The translations under genes were made by a program, and so were the position numbers. Shown here one piece after another: positions 52,810 to 64,000 of a stretch of 64,000 nucleotides of DNA. Origin of the DNA: Nemertoderma westbladi (lineage: Eukaryota > Animalia > Xenacoelomorpha). The DNA lies in NCBI GenBank assembly GCA_032718475.1, contig JAUCBJ010006404.1, forward strand, positions 1-64,000, read 5' to 3'. Numbering within the stretch: position 1 is the stretch's first letter; each line of letters starts with the position of its first letter. The notes under the pieces were generated by a model. The model made no database searches, had not been told where the DNA came from, and worked only from the letters and a program-made list of their open reading frames with translations.

Positions 52810-55409
52810 ATTATTTATAAAGTGGGAGTCCTGAATCCTCTTGAGTATTAGTTAGTTCAGTTCTGACGGTGCCTTCCAGGCATAGAATGCAGTCTGACAT
52901 TAACACGAACCTAGAACTTCCCTTCCATTCCCTCAGGAAACCATCTCATATCTTCCCCCCTGTCATCGTCCTGTCTTGTTTCTTCTCATCCTGCGTGTTC
53001 TTCATCGCACTCATATGCGTCGCAACGGCCTTGCCAATCCTTGTAGTTGGATCCCTGGGTGTGGCCCTTATCTTCTCCCAATAACGCTTCACTGGTGGTC
53101 CCATCGAGTGTCCCTCCTGTTATCTTCTTGTAGCGTCCCACATGATGATTTTCATAGTGCGGGGTATGTGTTCTACCAGAAAATCTCTGAACTCCATCCT
53201 ATTCTCCAGCAACCACCCATCGAGGTATTGCTGGGTGTTAATGACCCCTCCATGTGGTGCCGCCATCACTACCTCCTGGTAGGTAAACGGTAGGCTCCTC
53301 TTAGTCAACTCCCAGTGTGTCTCTTGGTTAATGTTAAAGAATCCCCACCAGAACTCCTGGGCCTTCATTCTTTGTCTGGTCATGACACCCACATCGGCCC
53401 AATCTTCAAAAATGTGGTCGTCGTCCATCCAATCGCATTGACACTCGAAGTGTCCCCTGAATCTCCACTTACCACATCTGTAATGTAACTTCGGACATGA
53501 GCCCATCCTATGGGTGGAGTCGTGAGTATACAAACACATTGCTCCCTTCTCATAGTGGTATAGGCAGTTCTTCTGTTGGTGGGTCAATCGCCCACAATAA
53601 TCGCAGCCATCTATCACAGTCTGCCTCCCAAACTCATCCTTGGCTCCGTGCATCCGTCTGGGCCTGTGGAGTCATTGGTACGTGAACATCTCCATGTTGT
53701 CGTCTCTGCCCATGTCGATGTCTCCTTCCCCTCTCGGCATTGTCTCTCCGAATACCACTCGTGGTGCCGTCCCAGGTTGTTTGCCTAGCCAGATCGCATC
53801 TGCTGGGAATTCGTCGCCGGCTCTCCATGCTCCCAGGCTCACTTACTTGGGGGATCCCAGAAGGCTTTCGCCCAGCTGACCATCACCTCCATCCCATCTA
53901 CCCAGTCCGTGTCCACCCGTCCAATCCTCCTTATCAGTGGCATCTCCCCAAACTCATCTTCCTCCATCTCCTCTGCCAGAAGCATTCCAAACCCGGGATC
54001 GCGATCGATTTTCCGTGTCCCTTTCCAGCTTGGTACTCGCCCGTAATCCTCCTGCTCTTGCTCTCTTCCTCTTACAGTCGCCCTCGGACCCCGTGCCAAG
54101 GGTGTTGGCATCCTCTGCAATCTGGATGTTGAGTGGTTCGACAATCCCTCCGGATAGCTCACCATCCATTTTTCTTCCTCCTCTAGTGGAAACTCGCCTG
54201 AGGTCTCCGAGCCCCATCTCAACTAGTCTAAGTCCTGTGCTTTGTAATCATACTCACCCTTCCCTCCTCTTTCTGCTGCCTCCCTGCCTGCTGCCTCTCT
54301 CCTCTCTTTCCTAGCAGCCTCTTCCTCCCTCCTTTCTTCTTCCCTATCATTCCTCTTCCATCGCTGGTACGGTGTATCTACTTCTCTGTCCACTAGATGT
54401 CGGGTATCGTAATACACCGACTTGCCCTTCTGCCCTGGGTGGTCTACAAGACCCTCAAGAGCAATCTTAAAGGCTGTTCTGTGGTTCAGAGGTGCTCCTA
54501 ACAGTAGAAATGCCGCCAGCTCTCTGCCGATGTTGGCTCTCTGCCAATGACCACCATCATGAACAGGTTCACCAACCCGATCATTATCCAGTCCTCCTGC
54601 AAGATATAACTCTTCTGGTATAACTTGAATGTCCCCTTTCGGAATTGGTACAACTCCTCTCTCCCTGGTCTCGCGCCCCACTTGAGTCACTCCATGCTGA
54701 GTTCCACTCCGCACTCCTCCTGGAACTTCTTCCACTCCGTCGGCTTGTGGCATACGAGTCCCATAAGCTGACCTATTGAATGCATGAATACCATCCTACC
54801 ATGAATATAACACTAACCACCATGGGGTAGGCCTACTCACGTAATATAAGTACAAAATACATCAGAAAATAGCGTAAAGTTCGTTAAAAATGCCAACCCT
54901 TACTTTAGTACTGTAGTGGTACCATGGTTACTTAACTCACCGAAAGTTTCCGATAATTGATATGTCAACCTGAATGTCGTGTGGTGGTATGTTGGTCACC
55001 CCGATTCGATAAACTGATAGGCCTATCGCATCTCTTCCAGCTGTTTACTTTCATCTGGAGTCTTCGGTTTTCCGATGCGAGACCCCGATCGTGACTCAGC
55101 TTTGTACTTTCTCGACCCCTTATTTCTAGAACTTGCTCTAGAACTACCTCTACTCTTGCCCCCTTTCGGTGTTCTAGCTGGGGTTAGACTTATGCCTATT
55201 ATCGGGGTTCCAACTGGGGTTCTTGGACTACCTCTACTCGCGCCCCTGTTCGGTGAACCAGCTGGTGTTCCTTGACTCCTGCCCATATTGGAGGTCGCGG
55301 CTGGGGTTCTGCGACCACCTCTAGAACTGGCTCTAGAACTAGCTCTACTTATACTCCTTGTTGGGGATCCAGTTGGGGTAAGGAATTGCGGCCCTTGCCC
55401 TTCAGCCAT
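52810..55409 (-). pseudogene. Decayed spliced ORF of about 800 codons with a basic S/R/G/P N-terminus, an E/R coiled coil and three CCHC-type zinc knuckles (gag-like)
   Basis: Collinear ORFs 55409-55023, 54753-54223, 54222-53839 and 53653-53120. GTGAGT donor at 54940 and TTCAATAG acceptor at 54773. CDYCGRLTHQQKNC is a perfect CX2CX4HX4C, followed by two degenerate knuckles. Confidence 0.6.
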
Positions 55410-55848
55410 TATATTTAGTACAACCCTTTCCTAATTAATAGTACTGTAGGCCCCTACTTATGTAGAAACTTTGATTCTAAAACGAGTATCAAAAATTCAA
55501 TTTTAATTTATCCTTAATTACTATTTTCAATCATTGTTGCCAATCAATTTGTTTTCCTCTCTATAACCCACTGACAGATTGTTGCATTTAATTACTAGAG
55601 TTCTAGAACTTAGCAATTATCAACGCTATGGTTTTCACATTACAGCATTTTACATAATCTGTTAGCGGCTACGATAAATTACACTACTAGTACGTTGCAT
55701 TGGTAATGTTTAATTATAATTACTATTAACCATCTATGTTTTATGGTGCCTGCTGCCTGTAGGTCCAGAGTCCAGTCCTCCTTTTTCATACACACATCTT
55801 ATTTGTATTTCAAATGATATAATTAAGAAAGCGAAAACTGGAAAAAGG

Positions 55849-55906
55849 TGGACAGACCAATCACTACAAACTGCTTTGCGTAATACGTTTCTGATTGGTC
55901 TGTCCA
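55849..55906. promoter_or_regulatory. Inverted CCAAT-box pair, candidate (bidirectional) promoter
   Basis: TGGACAGACCAATCA (CCAAT at 55857) and TGATTGGTCTGTCCA (ATTGG at 55894), lying between two divergent ATGs. A possible 5' UTR donor CAG|GTAACT is at 56058. Confidence 0.4.
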
Positions 55907-56312
55907 TTGTCCATGTTTTCTGTGTCAAGTCCACCTTTTTCAAACACCCACCTTGGACCTCGCGCTCAGCAGTTTTAATTTGATAGGCCTATCATCAGCT
56001 AGTGCAGTGTGCAGGATTCAGGTGCAGAGATTACAGCAAATCCGAACATTGTAACCAGGTAACTGCAAGGCAAGGCCAGAAGGCGTTGCTATTACGTATT
56101 ATTTACAGGAATAAACTGATAAAGTCTGAGTAATACTGTGTACAGCTGTACGGGTGTAGGCCTACTGCAGTAACCGGTACCTACTGCTGTACTGCAGTAC
56201 TGTCTGATCGTCATCATCACAACGAAAGTTATTTTATTATTACGGTACCATATCAGCATATTTGTTATTACTACCGGTATATTCAGATATCAGGATATTA
56301 GTTATTCTTATT

Positions 56313-56422
56313 ATGCCATCTGAAAAGAGTTCGAGAAAATCAAAAGAAAAGAAGAAAAAGAAGAAATCTAAGCGATCTCACAGCCGTAGTGGCGACAGAG
56401 AAAAGCGAAGATATCATTCCAG
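56313..56422 (+). CDS. First coding exon of a Lys/Arg/Ser-rich (RS-domain-like) nuclear protein
   Basis: MPSEKSSRKSKEKKKKKKSKRSHSRSGDREKRRYHS, then AG|GTTTGC donor (phase 2). Candidate acceptors lie at about 56287-56301. Confidence 0.6.
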
Positions 56423-57625
56423 GTTTGCTTTGTAATGCCAGTAATGCTGTAATGTCTGAATGTTATGGCAGTATGGCGGGCGCCCGGGCGGTACCGTCCC
56501 GGTTCAGCCGGTACTTGCCGGGCTCGGGCTAATACTGTAATAGCAGAATAGTCTTATGTCTTGCGGGATGTGAGCAGATCCAAGCAGACCATTGACTGAT
56601 TGACAGAAGGGATACATTGCCCCAAAACACCTGCGCAATGTGCAATGCGGGAACTTATCAAATTATTAACAAGCATTAGTTTAGCAGCTCTCAGAATTAG
56701 CTATCATTAGGCTAGGCTACTGCATTAAACAATTAAAGCATTAAAGGCTGAAACAGTGAAAGGATGCCATGGCATGGCTACAGGCTAGTCCCTTCTGCCC
56801 TTTAAAAGCATTCGTCCGAAACGGGATCGAACCGATGTGGGCTTGCGGGGATCACACCAACTGACCAACGTCTTCTGGGGAGAAGATAAGTAAATTAAAT
56901 GCAACCACTACAGCACTCAGGGCTGGCAAAGTAGGTTTTTGTAAACCTAGGCTTTTGTAGGTTTTTGTCAAAAACCTAAAATTTGAAAAAAGCCTAAAAC
57001 TAGGTTTTTAGGTTTTTGATTTTTCATCTTTAATTTGCCTTTTAATTTCATTTGTACACTCAAAACAACTGAACAAGTCAACTTGCATTGTCAGCTGATG
57101 AGTTTCAGTCCAGTCTGCCAGTCCAGTTGTCTTGTCACTACTGACAAGCTGACTGATGCAAGTTAGCTGATGCAAGTTAGCAGTCAGACTGTCAGATGGT
57201 CCGGTACCGGCTGACCGGTAACTCAACTACCTGACTACACAGACCTACATCCTGCAGTCCTGACATATGTAGTATGTACCATGTACGTTGCTCCTGATAA
57301 CTGTACACGTACACATTGCAGCAGTAGTCTAGGATCCAGGTGGCTGGGTCAGCGTCAGTCAGTCAGTGGGTGGTCTCTGCAGCTCCGGCTCTGGTCAGCT
57401 GGTGGTTGGTGGTGTGGTCACAGGCAGTCAGGTGGTTATCGGGTTATGGTTTGCGTTATGCTTTTATGGCAGTATGGGACTGCAGGACTGTGGGATGGGG
57501 TGGCATTCTGCATTCGCTGAATCGCGTGCCTACATTCTGCATGCATTGATTGATGCTAATGATACTAATAGACTACTGAACTAATACACTAATACTGTAA
57601 TAGTGTAATAAATAGTTGCACCTAC

Positions 57626-59547
57626 CAGTCGGTGAGAAGTCAAAAATTGGACTTGAGTCCAAAATTGGACTTCGACTCCAGTTCAAGTCCAAAATTGGAC
57701 TTCAAATCAGCCAATTGTTCCAGGGCCTTGGGTAATAGGATCGGGCGGGATTTTTTTTCTTTAATCGAAAATATATCAAAAAATAAGAGTTTTGAACAGG
57801 GGGACCTGAAATTCACCAGGGGGAACTTTTTTTATAAGGCTTTGAATTTTTACAAAAGTCCAATATTGGACTTTAAGTCCAATTTTGGACGTGACATTGA
57901 GAATCGAACTTAAAGGTACATGAAGCATGACAGATGAGAGACAGCCAGACAGCTGTTAAGTTATGGAAAGTTACCTTTGCAGCTCTGTATGTATCTTCAG
58001 TGTACTGACTGTACTGTACTTAGAATATAATGGTACATTCTAGCATTCTAGGTACTTTGTACTTTACTTTTAGCATATTGTTTAGTTCACAATTTACATT
58101 CATGTTATGTCTAACCTTACAGCCTTATGTACCCAGGACTTTATAGTGTCTTTAGGACTAGATTAGATTATGCTCCAACAAATATTTAATTACAAATTAT
58201 ATTTCGTGGATACTGGTAGCAATGCCAGGTTAGCCAACTGCAGCTGCTGCTAAGGCTAACTACAGTACAAGCTACGATTTCGTCTAAGGCTATGGGAGCC
58301 CTATCAGAAAGAAATACTACAAGTTGATGCTACCACCATCTCTTCTAATTTTTCCATACAACAGGAAGGGTGTTATAAAACAGCTGGATAACAGGATAAT
58401 GAAATGGGATTAGTAACTGATTAACGCGTTGGGGTCTCCACATAATAAGTACAGAAGTAACAAGTAACACACGTCATAATCATAATCATAAACCAATTGA
58501 GGGAAAGGAACAGGTTACAGAGGCAGGCTTTTCTAACTAAAACAATAAACGGCCACTTTTGACTTTACCAATTGAAGGAGCCCTATAACCTCACCACATA
58601 CTACTACTACAATCGGCATGATTCATTGCAGCTGCATTATATATAAGCAGTATAGGCCCTATTATGTATTAAGAATGCTGTGCCGGCTTGTTGACAAAAG
58701 TGCGCCTCCACAACTCCCTTACACTCTTACAGCCTTACAGCCTTATCACCCATGACATTTGCTAGATCATCCGCATCTTCAAGGCCAGTGTCCTTTAAGA
58801 CAGATGCGTCTCAAGAAAGTCATGGGCTGTCCACCATGCTTATTCACTCCATGAGGTGCACTGGCTGGTCCTCACGGCTTAAAGCGATGTCCTGCAAAGT
58901 GGAGGCGGCTTTGTTTTAGTGTCAAGCTTGGGGGAACCAATGACTGAATGAGACAGACACCTCCAACTCCAAAGTTATATAGTGTCTGGTTGGAGATGCA
59001 AAGATGTGTGCATTGTACTTGACACAGTGAACCTAATCAAAACAATTAGTCAATAAACATTAACTCAATAACATAATAGGTTACAGTTTACAGTAGTCTT
59101 ATTTTTGCCATACGAAAATACCACAGGTATGGCAGTATGGGTATGAATGAACTATACAACTATAACTCAACTACGCTACCGCAGTATACACAGCTAAGGC
59201 AGTAAGGCTACCGCAAAGCTATACCACTACCGCAAAAAGTAACTATTAATGTCTGACTGTACGTGTGCGATCCCTGTTTATAATGCATATAATAATTAAT
59301 TTGATCATTAAAATAATGTTGCATTGTAATTATGTAATATATATGTACTGATACGGGATGCAGTTTTGATTTAAATACCGATATACAGTATGGCAGCATG
59401 GGTACACTTGGAGTTGTACTAAAGTCCAATATTGGACTTTGGAGTCTAAAATTTGACTTGAAGTCTAAAATTGGACTTTGGAGTCTAAAATTTGACTTGA
59501 AGTCTAAAATTGGACTTGCAGTCCAATTTTTGACTTCTCACCGACTG
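57626..59547. mobile_element. Nested TIR element with 5-bp TSD (hAT5-like?)
   Basis: TIR CAGTCGGTGAGAAGTCAAAAATTGGACT / AGTCCAATTTTTGACTTCTCACCGACTG. TSD CCTAC at 57621-57625 and 59548-59552. Palindromic AGTCCAAAATTGGACT subterminal repeats. Confidence 0.85.
58723..58938 (-). mobile_element. RTE LINE 3' fragment with (TAAGGCTG)n-like tail
   Basis: Similar to 7474-7630, with TTACAGCCTTACAGCCTTA at its left end. Confidence 0.55.
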
Positions 59548-61028
59548 CCTACTGTCTGAATTTAAGACTGTACTGCTGTAAGCCTACTTTCAGACTTTGT
59601 ACAGGTTTATATAATTGTAACTAATATGACAATGAAACCTGACGGACTCATTCTTTCAAACAATTTTGTATCATAGTCTGATAGTGTACCGGTATGGTAT
59701 AGCTATAAAATATAATCTTGACCAGTTGACCAAATGTGGCCCCATATAATTTATCTAATCATTTACCAACCAGGCAGCCAGGTCAATCTAATCAATCAAT
59801 ATACAAATACAGAAATACTACAAAAACCTAGCGAAATACTACAAAAACCTAGCGAAAACCTTCAAAAACCGGCAAAAACCTTCCAAAAACCTACAAAAAC
59901 CTTGCAAAAACCTAAAACCTAAAAATTTTTCTGAAAAACCTATGGTTTTTGCCAGCCCTGACAGCACTACCGGTACACTACTACTAACTGACTAAAGCAC
60001 ACAGCACTAACTGACTAAGTGCTAAGGTGTAAGGTCAGAAGGTGGTATCAAATCAATACCGCCAACCGGTATAAGCCTATTATTTATTTCAGCAAGCCTA
60101 TACCCTATAGGCCTAGGTGATAGGCCTAGATTTTATGGATCATTTTACCGTATTGCAGTAGGCCTATTGCATATTGTGTGCATTTTAATTCAAATCTTAA
60201 ATAAAGGCTGTGCCAGTCAGCCAGTGTGCGGGCCATTGAGCCGCTGCAATAGTACAAGTAGTTAGCTCACCAAATTCCGTACAAAATCTTACATACATAT
60301 TGGACTAGTACTCCAACATCTGAACATAGATTATTTATTTCCATAATTTATCCGTTTTTCTATACATTCTGTACATTAAGTTAATTCCGGACATGTAATG
60401 ATAATGATGGGCTATCGGTAACTTTGGTGCAGTCTCCTATTTTGAAGTAAGCCTAATACTACTGAACTATTACTGTATTACATTCCGCAGTATTCAGTAT
60501 TGTAGCTGTATATTAACATATTTCTGTATCTACAGTACCGGCACTGTACAGTCAGACAGTACTGCATCTGCAGTAGTCCTATCCTTTTTATGTCTTAATA
60601 GGAAACATAGGAATTGTCCATAATTTGGACACCCTGTCCGGAATTTGGTGAGTTAACCCTGCTACAGTAATATATTGATATTCTGAGAAATTTTTGACTT
60701 TTGAAATTTTGTATATAGGCCTATACCCTAGGAGCAGATAGAGAGGCCTTTTTGTATTTCAGTAGACAGTAGAGTGCATTGGATTGGTGTGTATATAAAC
60801 GCTACGCAGACACCTGAGACCTGACAGCCTGTCAGCCGTTTATTCATTTTTAAATTACGGGTAGCGTAGGTGCGAGGAGCGGTTACACTTACCTTACAGT
60901 GGTAGCCAATTCTCCAAATCAATTGTGGTCAAGATGATAACTTCAGTACCGGTACAGTGTTTCATTTTTCTTAATAACGGTTTTCAGCTCCAGCTGTGGT
61001 GTGGTTGTCGGAGTCGCAGGATATATAG

Positions 61029-64000
<2,972 letters not shown>

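Larger units (their letters stand above)
56918..59960. mobile_element. Non-autonomous hAT transposon in the intron
   Basis: TIR CAGGGCTGGCAAA / TTTGCCAGCCCTG. Exact 8-bp TSD ACAGCACT at 56910-56917 and 59961-59968. AAAACCT subterminal repeats. Confidence 0.9.

Overview
This is AT-rich eukaryotic DNA, almost certainly from an invertebrate animal, and it is dominated by nested transposable elements and tandem arrays. There is no prokaryotic operon, CRISPR array, rRNA or intact tRNA. Almost all long ORFs in the track are translations of satellites. Supported coding signal: a decayed RTE-X-like LINE (25.5-30.3 kb, -), decayed RTE LINE pieces, a P-element/THAP9-type transposon with TIRs and an 8-bp TSD (44020-50688) that carries three nested insertions, a decayed spliced ORF with three CCHC zinc knuckles of unknown class (52.0-55.4 kb, -), and the first coding exons of a putative host Arg/Ser/Lys-rich gene (56313 onward, +). 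Many insertions can be delimited by TSDs of 5, 6, 8, 9 and 12-13 bp, two of them with an internal empty-site control. The most interesting items are the spliced zinc-knuckle locus head-to-head with the host gene, an inverted Penelope-like repeat with variant hammerhead ribozymes, three IS3EU-type (TAYGG) elements, and dense TA-x-TA footprint-like motifs near the promoter. All family assignments come from motifs read by eye, not from database searches.
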